A DNA stretch of 64,000 nucleotides from Minisyncoccota bacterium (lineage in GTDB: Bacteria > Patescibacteriota > Minisyncoccia > Minisyncoccales > JAGOPM01). Where the stretch lies: positions 251,920 to 315,919 of the forward strand of contig JBAZJI010000001.1 of assembly GCA_041651395.1 (NCBI GenBank), written 5' to 3'. The position numbers and the translations under genes are program-made. The notes under the pieces were generated by a model that was given only the letters and a program-made list of their open reading frames with translations, was not told the origin of the DNA and searched no databases. How positions within the stretch are numbered: the first letter of the stretch is position 1; every line of letters starts with the position of its first letter. Positions 18,474-26,670 of this stretch are shown piece after piece.

Positions 18474-19786
18474 AGCAATCATCACTATTTTATACTGCGC
18501 ACAAGGATGCGCCCAAAGACGAGCAGAGCATTAATGCCCAGCTTTTAATCCGCGCCGGGTTCATCGACAAGCTGAGCGCGGGCGTTTATTCTTACCTGCC
18601 TCTGGGCTTGCGCGTCTGTAATAAAATTGAAAATATTATCCGGGAGGAATTATTAAAAATCGGCGCTCAGGAGCTTATAATGCCGGCCATGCACCCTAAA
18701 GAGAATTGGCAGGTTACCGGCCGTTGGGACTCCATGACTGATCTATACAAAATTTCCGAAGGGGAAAAAGAATTGGCTTTAGGCCCCACGCATGAGGAAA
18801 TTATCGTTCCTTTGGCAAAAAAATATATCCACTCTTGGCAAGATTTGCCGCTGACTAATACAACTGTCGGAGAATTTCCGCTTTCGCTTTTTCAATTTCA
18901 AACAAAATTCCGCAAAGAGTTGCGGGCTAAATCGGGTATTTTACGCACGCGCGAATTTTTGATGAAGGATTTGTATTCTTTTCACCGCGATGAGGCGGAT
19001 TTGGAAAAATTTTATGCCGTGGTGGAGAACGCTTATGAAAATATTTTCCGCCGCTTGGGAATAATCGATAAGGTTTATTATACTTATGCATCCGGCGGGA
19101 CATTTTCCAAATATTCCCACGAGTATCAGCTGTTAACCCCTTCGGGCGAGGATACCATTTATGTTTGCGAAAATTGTGAAGCAGCGGCGGCCCAGGGCGA
19201 ATCAAGCGTTGGCGTGGCTATCAATAAAGAAATCAAGCCGGATTTATTGGAATGCCCTAAATGTCACAAAACAGTTTTTCGGGAAGAGAAATCTATTGAG
19301 ATTGCCAATATTTTTAAGTTGATTACAAAGTTTTCTTCGCCTTTTGAGCTAAGCTATACCGACGAAAATAGTGAGAAAAAATTGGTTATCATGGGCTGCT
19401 ATGGTATCGGCATTGGCCGGCTGATGGGCTCAATCGCCGAGGTTTTTCACGATGAGAAGGGGGTAATTTGGCCCAAGAGTGTGGCGCCTTTTGATGTGCA
19501 CTTGATTAGGATCGATAGCGCCAAGGAAAATGGCCAGACGCTTCTTAATGAAGCGCAGAGGCTTTATCAAGAATTGCAAAGCCAAGGATTTTCAGTATTA
19601 TATGATGACCGGTTGGACAGTGCCGGCAAGAAGCTCATCGATGCAGATTTATTGGGTATTCCTGTGCGTGTGGTAATTAGCCCTAAAACACTAGAGAAGA
19701 ATGGCGTGGAAATAAAATTGCGCAATCATCCCGAGATGAAGGTAATTGCCACAAGCGAGCTGCTTGGTTTTTTAAGAGAAAGCTGA
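18470..19786 (+). CDS. proS: prolyl-tRNA synthetase (short form with Cys4 insertion)
   Basis: It has SINAQLLIRAGFIDKLSAGVYSYLPLG and class II motifs. At 438 aa it has no editing INS domain. It carries a CENC...CPKC insertion. Confidence 0.85.
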   Translation: MKQSSLFYTAHKDAPKDEQSINAQLLIRAGFIDKLSAGVYSYLPLGLRVCNKIENIIREELLKIGAQELIMPAMHPKENWQVTGRWDSMTDLYKISEGEKELALGPTHEEIIVPLAKKYIHSWQDLPLTNTTVGEFPLSLFQFQTKFRKELRAKSGILRTREFLMKDLYSFHRDEADLEKFYAVVENAYENIFRRLGIIDKVYYTYASGGTFSKYSHEYQLLTPSGEDTIYVCENCEAAAAQGESSVGVAINKEIKPDLLECPKCHKTVFREEKSIEIANIFKLITKFSSPFELSYTDENSEKKLVIMGCYGIGIGRLMGSIAEVFHDEKGVIWPKSVAPFDVHLIRIDSAKENGQTLLNEAQRLYQELQSQGFSVLYDDRLDSAGKKLIDADLLGIPVRVVISPKTLEKNGVEIKLRNHPEMKVIATSELLGFLRES

Positions 19787-19787
19787 T

Positions 19788-20861
19788 ATGAAAAATCCTT
19801 TGCACAAGCTATTCCCGAATTTTTCTAGAGATATGGCCATTGATTTAGGCACGGCCAACTCTTTGGTTTATTTGCGGGGCAAGGGGATTATAACTTCGGA
19901 ACCCTCAGTAGTGGCCATTAACCAGAAGACCGGCAAGATTTTAGCCGTGGGCTTTGAGGCTGAAAAAATGGTTGGCCGTACGCCCGGTTTTATTACGGCC
20001 ATTTATCCGTTGGTGGGCGGGGTAATTTCTGATTTTGAGGCTACCGAGCAAATGCTGCATTATTTTATCAGCAAAGTGCATAAAGGAAATTTTTTCTTAA
20101 GCCCCAGGATCAGGGTGGTGGTGGGTGTGCCTTGCGGCGTGACCGAGGTGGAGAAAAAAGCCGTTATTGATGCGGCTAAAAATGCCGGGGCTTCGGAGGT
20201 TTATTTAATTGAAGAGCCTATGGCCTCGGCCATTGGGGCTAAATTGCCGGTTAACGATGCGGGAGGCAATATGGTGGTGGATATCGGCGGGGGAACTTGC
20301 GAAATTGTAGCCATTTCTTTGGGCGGCATTGTTCATGCCCGCTCACTGAAGACTGCCGGCAATAAATTTGATTACGATATTGTCAATTACTGCCAAAATG
20401 AATTCAAATTATTAATCGGGAAGCGCACAGCCGAAAGGGTAAAAATCGGCATTGGAACGGTTTTGCCTTCCAATGGGCAAGGCAAAGAGCGGCGGGAAAT
20501 GCCCGTGCGCGGCCGCAATTTGGTCACGGGTTTGCCTGAACAAATAATTTTATCAGAAGAGGATGTGCGCCGGGCTATGGAGCGCTCGGTCCGTGAAATA
20601 ATTGATGCAATAAAACTTTCCATTGAGCAGACACCGCCCGAACTTTTAGCTGATATTATGAATAGAGGGATACATCTTTCCGGCGGCGGCGCGCTTTTAC
20701 GCGGTTTAGATACCCTGATTCAGAAAGAAACCAAAATCCCAACAAAAGTTATTGATGATCCTTTGACTGCCGTAGTCAGGGGGGCAGGTTCGGTCGTGGA
20801 GAATATCGATCGTTGGGTGGAAGTTTTGCTCGATACTGATGAGTTAGCACCGCTCAGATAA
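19788..20861 (+). CDS. mreB: MreB (copy 2)
   Basis: It contains MAIDLGTANSLVY, DIGGGTCEIVAISLGG and SGGGALLRGL motifs and is collinear with copy 1. Confidence 0.9.
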   Translation: MKNPLHKLFPNFSRDMAIDLGTANSLVYLRGKGIITSEPSVVAINQKTGKILAVGFEAEKMVGRTPGFITAIYPLVGGVISDFEATEQMLHYFISKVHKGNFFLSPRIRVVVGVPCGVTEVEKKAVIDAAKNAGASEVYLIEEPMASAIGAKLPVNDAGGNMVVDIGGGTCEIVAISLGGIVHARSLKTAGNKFDYDIVNYCQNEFKLLIGKRTAERVKIGIGTVLPSNGQGKERREMPVRGRNLVTGLPEQIILSEEDVRRAMERSVREIIDAIKLSIEQTPPELLADIMNRGIHLSGGGALLRGLDTLIQKETKIPTKVIDDPLTAVVRGAGSVVENIDRWVEVLLDTDELAPLR

Positions 20862-20962
20862 GCTCAAAATTCGAATGCCAAATATCAAATAGTGTATTTT
20901 AGGATTTTGAAATTTGGTTTTGATTTGGAATAATTTTGATTTTGAAATTTGAATTTTATTCT

Positions 20963-21259
20963 ATGATTTCCAAAGAACAAATATCGCACATTGCCAAATT
21001 AGCTAAGCTCAAACTAACGGTGCAGGAAATGGACGCGCTCCAAAAAGACTTGGGCTCGGTTTTGAATTATGTGGAAAGGTTAAAGGCAGTGGATGTGGAT
21101 AATGTCATTCCCATGAGCCATTGCGTGGAAATTTCCAATCAGGTGCGCCCGGATTTGGCCAAAGAAAGTAATAAAGAAGAGCAGATTATCGCTCAATTTC
21201 CTGAGCGTGAAGGCCGGCTCAATAAAGTAAAAGCTGTTTTTAATCATGGATCTAGGTAA
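20963..21259 (+). CDS. gatC: Asp/Glu-tRNA amidotransferase subunit C
   Basis: It contains ISKEQISHIAKLAKLKLTVQEMDALQKDLGSVLNYVERL. The ATG at 20963 is preferred because the track's TTG start lies in a repeat-rich spacer. Confidence 0.85.
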   Translation: MISKEQISHIAKLAKLKLTVQEMDALQKDLGSVLNYVERLKAVDVDNVIPMSHCVEISNQVRPDLAKESNKEEQIIAQFPEREGRLNKVKAVFNHGSR

Positions 21260-22676
21260 TTTAAGCGTGGCCAAAATCCGCCAAGCCCTGCAAGCCGGGG
21301 AGGTAACCGCCCTAGAGGTGGTCAAAGCTTATTTGGCGGAAATAAAAAAGCAGGATAAAGAAATCAACGCTTGGCTTTTTGTTGATGAACAGGGCGCGCT
21401 CCGGCAGGCTCAAGCCATAGACATTAAAAGCGAAAAGGGTGTACTAGCTGGCACGGTTGTGGGCGTTAAGGATAATATCATGGTTGAAGGCTTGCCCTGC
21501 ACGGCCGGCTCAAAAATTTTAGAAAATTACAAAGCCACCTATGATGCGACGGTTATAAAAAAGCTCAAGGACGCCGGGGCTATCATTTTAGGAAAATTAA
21601 ATCTCGACGAGTTTGCCATGGGTAGTTCGGGAGAATATTCGGCCTTTGGGGCAACCAAAAATCCTCGCAATAAAAATTTAGTTCCGGGCGGCTCGTCTTC
21701 TGGACCCGCTGCCGCCGTAGCGGCTAATATGTGTACTGTGGCTCTTGGTTCTGATACGGCCGGCTCCATCCGCCAGCCGGCAAGTTTTTGCGGGATCGTG
21801 GGGCTAAAGCCGACTTATGGAGCAATTTCACGTTTTGGTTTGGTGGCCCTAGCTTCTTCCTTAGATGTAATCGGGCCAATGGCGAAAAATATCGAAGATG
21901 CTCAAGCGGTTTATGATGTGATTTACGGCCACGATGATAATGATGCGACTACCATAGACCAAAAGTGGGTTAAACCGATTTTAGAATTAAAAGGCCTTAA
22001 TATCGGAGTGCCTAAAGAATTTTTTGGCCCGGGGTTAGAGCCGGGCGTCAGAGATTCTTTAGAAAGAGCTATCTATGACTATAAAAAGGCTGGGGCCAAC
22101 ATTGTGGAAATCACATTACCCAATGCCGAATTTGGTGTGGCCGATTATCAAATAATAATGACCGCCGAAGCTTCATCTAATTTAGCCAGATATGATGGCA
22201 TCCGCTACGGTTTAAGCAAAACAAGTGACAATGAAAATGAAACTGAGCTTTCGGGGGTATATTTAGGTAGCCGTAGCGCGGGTTTTTCTAAGGAAGTGCG
22301 CCGGCGCATTATTTTGGGAACCTATGTACTTTCTGCCGGGTATTATGATGCTTATTATGCTCGGGCGCAAAAAGTGCGCCGCTTGATAAAAAATGATTTT
22401 GATCGGGCGTTTCAAAAGGTGGAGGTGATTTTAACGCCCACCAGCCCAACCGTGCCTTTTGCCTTCGGAGAAAAGTTAACCGATCCAGTGACAATGTATT
22501 TGGCCGATATTTATACTGTGCCTGTGAATTTGGCAGGACTGCCCGCCATCTCAATTCCTTGTTATAATGCACAAGAGCTCCCTGTGGGTTTGCAACTGAT
22601 TGGCAAACCATTTGAAGAGCAGAAACTTTTTGCGATAGCAAAAATATTCCAAGAACAGCGTGATCGACAATCTTGA
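21246..22676 (+). CDS. gatA: Asp/Glu-tRNA amidotransferase subunit A
   Basis: It has the amidase signature GGSSSGPAAAVAA and GSDTAGSIRQPA, and overlaps gatC. Confidence 0.92.
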   Translation: MDLGNLSVAKIRQALQAGEVTALEVVKAYLAEIKKQDKEINAWLFVDEQGALRQAQAIDIKSEKGVLAGTVVGVKDNIMVEGLPCTAGSKILENYKATYDATVIKKLKDAGAIILGKLNLDEFAMGSSGEYSAFGATKNPRNKNLVPGGSSSGPAAAVAANMCTVALGSDTAGSIRQPASFCGIVGLKPTYGAISRFGLVALASSLDVIGPMAKNIEDAQAVYDVIYGHDDNDATTIDQKWVKPILELKGLNIGVPKEFFGPGLEPGVRDSLERAIYDYKKAGANIVEITLPNAEFGVADYQIIMTAEASSNLARYDGIRYGLSKTSDNENETELSGVYLGSRSAGFSKEVRRRIILGTYVLSAGYYDAYYARAQKVRRLIKNDFDRAFQKVEVILTPTSPTVPFAFGEKLTDPVTMYLADIYTVPVNLAGLPAISIPCYNAQELPVGLQLIGKPFEEQKLFAIAKIFQEQRDRQS

Positions 22677-23247
22677 TAAAATTTTCCAAACCTGTTTTGC
22701 CCAAAATTTGCCGCAGGGCGTTGAGCCATCCAGCTATGCGGGCTATTTTCAGCATGTTATTTTTTGTGACCAGTTGCAGGATTTTCTCTTGCCGGTTAAA
22801 GCTTGGTTTATTTTTCTTTCCATTGTTTATGCCGCTTCGATAGTTTATTTTTTGAAAACTTCTTTGCGCATGGAGATAATGTATCTGGGGGACTTCCGTG
22901 AGTTTTTGATGTATAAACCCAGTAACGTGGTGCAGCGCAACCAAAAGTGGGCCAAAATAGCGAAGCGGATGGATTCTAAATTAGAGCCGGAATGGAAAAT
23001 GGCCATTATCGAGGGATTTGAAATGGTGGAAGAATGTTTTTTTGAGATGTTTCCCCGCGGAGAAACTTTTGAGGAGCAATTAGCTTCCTCGCGCAATACT
23101 CTGCCCGAATATCATGCCGAATTGACCAAAGTTCAAGAATTACACCAAAGGATAATCGATGACCCGGAAACGCACTTGGAATATAATGTGGCCAAGGTGG
23201 CCATGGATACTATGCGGTCGGTTTTGAAAAAAATGAAGTGGCTATGA
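22660..23247 (+). CDS. hypothetical membrane-associated protein
   Basis: This 195-aa ORF overlaps the end of gatA. It has one hydrophobic helix (AWFIFLSIVYAASIVYFL). The family is not recognised. Confidence 0.45.
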   Translation: MIDNLDKIFQTCFAQNLPQGVEPSSYAGYFQHVIFCDQLQDFLLPVKAWFIFLSIVYAASIVYFLKTSLRMEIMYLGDFREFLMYKPSNVVQRNQKWAKIAKRMDSKLEPEWKMAIIEGFEMVEECFFEMFPRGETFEEQLASSRNTLPEYHAELTKVQELHQRIIDDPETHLEYNVAKVAMDTMRSVLKKMKWL

Positions 23248-23268
23248 AAATCCCCGAAAGGGGATTTT
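23246..23268 (+). terminator. rho-independent terminator
   Basis: AAAATCCCC-GAAA-GGGGATTTT overlaps the stop codon. Confidence 0.8.
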
Positions 23269-23533
23269 TAAGTTCTAAATTTTATTGCCTCTTTAATAAT
23301 GCAAAATGCTTTGGCGTTTTGCAGAAACATTAGCGGCGCCCTGCAGCAGAGCCTTCGGCACGCTGCGGCGAATGAGCCACGCTTCGCGTGGATACAAGAT
23401 GATTCAAAGTTCGCTTTACTCGCTAAGAATATCTAAATAATTCGAAGGTGTTGCCCCTGCCTGCCGGTAGGCAAGCGAAGGCTCCGCCAACTGGCGGATC
23501 GGGGGGTGGGTTCTCACCACTCGCCGCAAAACA

Positions 23534-23560
23534 AAAATGCCCACAGAAGTGGACATTTTT
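23534..23560. terminator. bidirectional hairpin, likely terminator of the minus-strand tRNA operon
   Basis: ATGCCCAC-AGAA-GTGGACAT is flanked by an A-run and a T-run, directly downstream (minus sense) of tRNA-Asp. Confidence 0.6.
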
Positions 23561-23563
23561 GTT

Positions 23564-23641
23564 TGGCGCGGCGAATGGGATTCGAACCCACGATCTCCTC
23601 CGTGACAGGGAGGCGCATTAAACCAACTATGCTACCGCCGC
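23564..23641 (-). tRNA. tRNA-Asp (GTC), CCA encoded
   Basis: I folded the cloverleaf by hand: acceptor GCGGCGG/TCGCCGC, D arm GCAT/ATGC with a GG loop, anticodon stem CCTCC/GGAGG with loop CTGTCAC, T arm GTGGG-TTCGAAT-CCCAT, and a 3' GCCA. Confidence 0.85.
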
Positions 23642-23642
23642 A

Positions 23643-23719
23643 TGGTGCCTGGGGGCGGGATTGAACCGCCGACCTTGGGCTTATGAGTCCCACGCTCTGG
23701 CCAACTGAGCTACCCAGGC
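23643..23719 (-). tRNA. tRNA with CAT anticodon (elongator Met or Ile2/lysidine type), CCA encoded
   Basis: The cloverleaf has acceptor GCCTGGG/CCCAGGC, D arm GCTC/GAGC with a GG loop, anticodon loop CTCATAA, and T arm GGCGG-TTCAATC-CCGCC. The G1-C72 pair argues against an initiator. It starts 1 nt after tRNA-Asp. Confidence 0.8.
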
Positions 23720-23795
23720 AGCTGGCCCGGGCCCCGCCCGCTCGACTTGCAAACTCGCCTGTCGGGCATGGCCTGGCAGGCCAATATCTTTCTAG

Positions 23796-23866
23796 TCGGG
23801 GGACCAGGAATTGCACCTGGACCTCGGGCTTATGGGACCCGCAACCTACTATTGGTCCATCCCCCA
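23796..23866 (-). tRNA. non-canonical tRNA-like gene, CAT anticodon, no encoded CCA
   Basis: The 71-nt cloverleaf is TGGGGGA TG GACC AATAGTA GGTT G CGGGT CCCATAA GCCCG AGGT CCAGG TGCAATT CCTGG TCCCCCG A. All four stems form. However, position 33 is C, the D loop lacks GG, the T loop is TGCAATT rather than TTCRANY, and there is a U1-G72 pair. Confidence 0.4.
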
Positions 23867-23991
23867 ATATTGTACCTGCATATTATAAGCAATGAAACGG
23901 ATTTAATCAAGGGGAGATTTGACCGATAGGGAACTTTGAATTATAACTTGTTTGGAACAATTAAAATTAAGGTATAAGAAAGGAGTGTGTT

Positions 23992-24381
23992 ATGCAAGGA
24001 CTGGGGCAGAAAAATACGACCCGCCAAGAAAGTGCGATAAGGTATATGGAGGAAAATCCGCTGACATTCTTTACTCTTTGCCGGGCCTGGAATATGTGCG
24101 ATGCAGACATGATGGATATGCGCGAGGATATTGCCGGAAAAATCCTTGAGCTTTGCAAAAACATTCATGATATGCAGCTAGCCGCTTTTCATAGTGCCCG
24201 CTCCGGCACAAAATCTCTTAGGGCCTTTTTGGGCAAGTTGGCTCAAATGGTGCGCCAAGATGCCAGTATTGCTAGCCGAGCCGCGGACTTGGGTTACCAA
24301 GCTTACAAAGATGCCGGATACCCAAAAGACTGCCAAGAAATTTTTGAACTTTTCAAAGCGCAACAAAGCGCAAAGAGTTAG
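23992..24381 (+). CDS. hypothetical protein
   Basis: This 129-aa ORF has the SD AAAGGAG 6 nt upstream and its own terminator. It is unrecognised. Confidence 0.5.
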   Translation: MQGLGQKNTTRQESAIRYMEENPLTFFTLCRAWNMCDADMMDMREDIAGKILELCKNIHDMQLAAFHSARSGTKSLRAFLGKLAQMVRQDASIASRAADLGYQAYKDAGYPKDCQEIFELFKAQQSAKS

Positions 24382-24399
24382 GCCTCCAAGGCCTTTTTT
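24380..24399 (+). terminator. rho-independent terminator
   Basis: The stem AGGCC/GGCCT is followed by TTTTTT. Confidence 0.65.
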
Positions 24400-24460
24400 A
24401 TTTGTAGTGGAAAACTACGCTTGGGAATAGGGGAGAAACCCGTTATTATTTAGATGGGAT

Positions 24461-25546
24461 ATGCGAAGTTTCGCCCAGAAAATCAAGGAATTTTTTTTGG
24501 TTTGTCCGGAAAATAAATGCCGGCCGGGAATACTGTTTTCCAGCTTTTTGTTTTGGCTTTCTTTAATACTCTTGGCCTTGCATGTTTTGCCGATTTTTTT
24601 CTTTACCTTTTTTCAAAATGATCCGCTTTTTGGCGATATTACCAGAACATCTATTGTGGCCTTAACCAATCAAGAGCGCGCCGGGCTAGGCCTTAACGAA
24701 TTAACGGTTAATGCGCAATTGGAAACTGCGGCCAGAAAAAAGGCCAATGATATGTTTGCCAATGGCTATTTTGCCCACGAGAGCCCAAAGGGGATAGCTC
24801 CTTGGTATTGGTTTAGTGAGGCAGGCTATGATTATGAATATGCCGGCGAGAATTTAGCCATCGGTTTTTTGGAGCCAGAGGAAGTTTACGGTGGCTGGGT
24901 GCATTCCTTTACGCATCATCAAAATTTGCTCAACCCGAATTTTAAGGAGATTGGCGTGGCTGTGGTTGGCGGGAATTTTAATGGGAATTATACGACTATC
25001 GTTGTTCAGCTCTTCGGCTCCTCCAAGCCCAAAGGGGCTATTGCTATCCAAGGCATTCCCAAAATCAACCATACGGTTGTTAAAAAGCCGGAAACTTTGC
25101 CCCAAAACCCTTCCTCGACGCCTATGGCTCTGACTGAAAAAACGCCTACAACGGCGGCACCTTTGGTTAATGGCCAAACTAATGGAAAAGCCGAACCCTC
25201 CTCATCCAAGACCGCTGCTCCTTTAGTGGCTGGTCGAGAATATGTCATTTTTGATGATTCGGCTTTAGCGGCGCAGGGCAATACCGTTTTACAAAAACCC
25301 AGCTTGAAAATGCGGCTTTATTCTTTTTTGATTTTTCAATATAATGACATTTTGAAAATGGTGACCTTTTGGATATTGTTGGCCGTGTGCGCTTTGCTTT
25401 TAATTTCCATGAGCTTTGCCCCCGAAGTGCGCGAGCCAAATATTATTTTCAAGTCGGTTTTCTTTTTGATTGTTTTAATCGCTTTTGCCGTGACTGACAA
25501 AAAGACTCTCATTGAATTAATTCCGCATAGTTTTGATATCAATTAA
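24461..25546 (+). CDS. membrane-anchored CAP/SCP (YkwD-like) domain protein
   Basis: It has an N-terminal TM. The CAP-domain blocks are LTNQERAGLGLNELTVNAQLETAARKKANDM, YFAHESPKG, AGENLA and HHQNLLNPNFKEIGVAV. These are followed by a P/T/S-rich linker with a repeated TAAPLV(N/A)G and C-terminal TM helices. Confidence 0.8.
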   Translation: MRSFAQKIKEFFLVCPENKCRPGILFSSFLFWLSLILLALHVLPIFFFTFFQNDPLFGDITRTSIVALTNQERAGLGLNELTVNAQLETAARKKANDMFANGYFAHESPKGIAPWYWFSEAGYDYEYAGENLAIGFLEPEEVYGGWVHSFTHHQNLLNPNFKEIGVAVVGGNFNGNYTTIVVQLFGSSKPKGAIAIQGIPKINHTVVKKPETLPQNPSSTPMALTEKTPTTAAPLVNGQTNGKAEPSSSKTAAPLVAGREYVIFDDSALAAQGNTVLQKPSLKMRLYSFLIFQYNDILKMVTFWILLAVCALLLISMSFAPEVREPNIIFKSVFFLIVLIAFAVTDKKTLIELIPHSFDIN

Positions 25547-25665
25547 TACCAAACTCAAATTCCAAATATCAAATCAATTAATAAAATCCAAATGGGGTAA
25601 AGTTTTTTCGAAATTTTAAGTTTTGGATTTGATTTGAAATTTATCATTTGGTTTTTCATCCTTCT

Positions 25666-26376
25666 ATGGATTGGGACGATATTCCGCCATCAAAACCTTC
25701 ATATTATGCCCATTATATTAAGCCATTAGTTGCGCCGTTTTTTATTTTATTTGCGTTGGCATTTTTTGCGATAAATTTTGAAAACGTCATTTGGATTTTT
25801 AATAAAAAAGCCTTGGAGCAAAGCATTAAAGATCGGACCGGGGAATTGGTTTTAGATGCCCAAGGGGAAATTGGTTCCGTGGTTTTACCAACCCCAACTA
25901 CAACCGCAACTAGCGCTTTGCCCGCGCAAAATCCTACCTCGAATTTTCCTTCTAACGGGGAGGTATCCAAAATGGCCATTGAAAAGATTAATTTGGATAA
26001 AAAAGTAGAATACCCGGCAACCACAGACACAAAGCTCATGGATGCCGCCTTAATGGGCAAGGTGATGCATTATCCCGGAACGCCCTTGCCGGGTGAAGCC
26101 GGCAGTGGGGTATTTTTGGCGCACAGTGCCCCTATCACTTGGGGGCCGGATTACCGCGTTTTTAATAAGATAGATAAATTAATTGCCGGGGATAGTATTA
26201 TCATAAACTATAAAGGCATACCCTATGTTTATTTGGTGCAGCAAAGTTTTCTGATAAATCCCGGGGACAAGCTACCCGACAATCCTTTTAATGAAAAACG
26301 GGCTTATCTTTTAACATGTTGGCCGCCCAATACCGGCAAGCAAAGAATGGTGGTGGAGGCCAAATTAAAGGAGTAG
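25666..26376 (+). CDS. sortase family transpeptidase
   Basis: It has an N-terminal TM (LVAPFFILFALAFFAINF), a His motif (VFLAHSAP), a catalytic Cys motif (YLLTCWPP, TLxTC-like), and a conserved Arg region (KQRMVVEAK). I prefer the ATG at 25666. Confidence 0.7.
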   Translation: MDWDDIPPSKPSYYAHYIKPLVAPFFILFALAFFAINFENVIWIFNKKALEQSIKDRTGELVLDAQGEIGSVVLPTPTTTATSALPAQNPTSNFPSNGEVSKMAIEKINLDKKVEYPATTDTKLMDAALMGKVMHYPGTPLPGEAGSGVFLAHSAPITWGPDYRVFNKIDKLIAGDSIIINYKGIPYVYLVQQSFLINPGDKLPDNPFNEKRAYLLTCWPPNTGKQRMVVEAKLKE

Positions 26377-26542
26377 GAAAGGGAGAGTAAGCAAATCCAA
26401 ATAATAAGCCACAATTACAAATTTCTAACCTCAAATATCCCCCTCCTAAAATAGCTATTAGGAGGGTATTTTTGTATGGCCAAAAATCAAATACTGGCTG
26501 AAAAGCCTATATTTATAAGGGTAAGAGAGAAGTGGTAGGGTA

Positions 26543-26571
26543 TTGACTTTTTTGAAAGTCCATGATATAAT
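26543..26571 (+). promoter_or_regulatory. sigma-70-type promoter, TTGACT-17 nt-TGATATAAT
   Basis: The hexamers and the 17-nt spacing were read directly from the sequence. An extended -10 TG is present. It lies 100 nt upstream of the 26671 gene. Confidence 0.7.
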
Positions 26572-26670
26572 ATTTGCAAGCATATAGCCAAAACTTAGGT
26601 TATGTGTGCGAGAGACTCCCTGAATTTTTACAAATTAATAAGGGAAAAACAACATAAGGAGGAAACATAG

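Noticed and set aside
22309-22944. 211-aa minus-strand ORF
   Set aside because: It is antisense to the 3' end of gatA and to the downstream gene. It has no start context and no recognisable motif. It is a shadow ORF.
23280-23535. Assigning the structured intergenic region to RNase P RNA, tmRNA or SRP RNA
   Set aside because: I could not find the universally conserved cores on either strand: GAGGAAAGTCC for RNase P, a tRNA-like acceptor/T-arm with ACCA for tmRNA, or a GNAR-capped domain IV with AGCA/GGAA loops for SRP. It is kept only as an unclassified ncRNA candidate.
23514-23929. ORFs of 60-117 aa on both strands across 23.5-23.9 kb
   Set aside because: They overlay three tRNA or tRNA-like genes and a GC-rich spacer. 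The open frames come from GC-rich RNA genes and are not coding.
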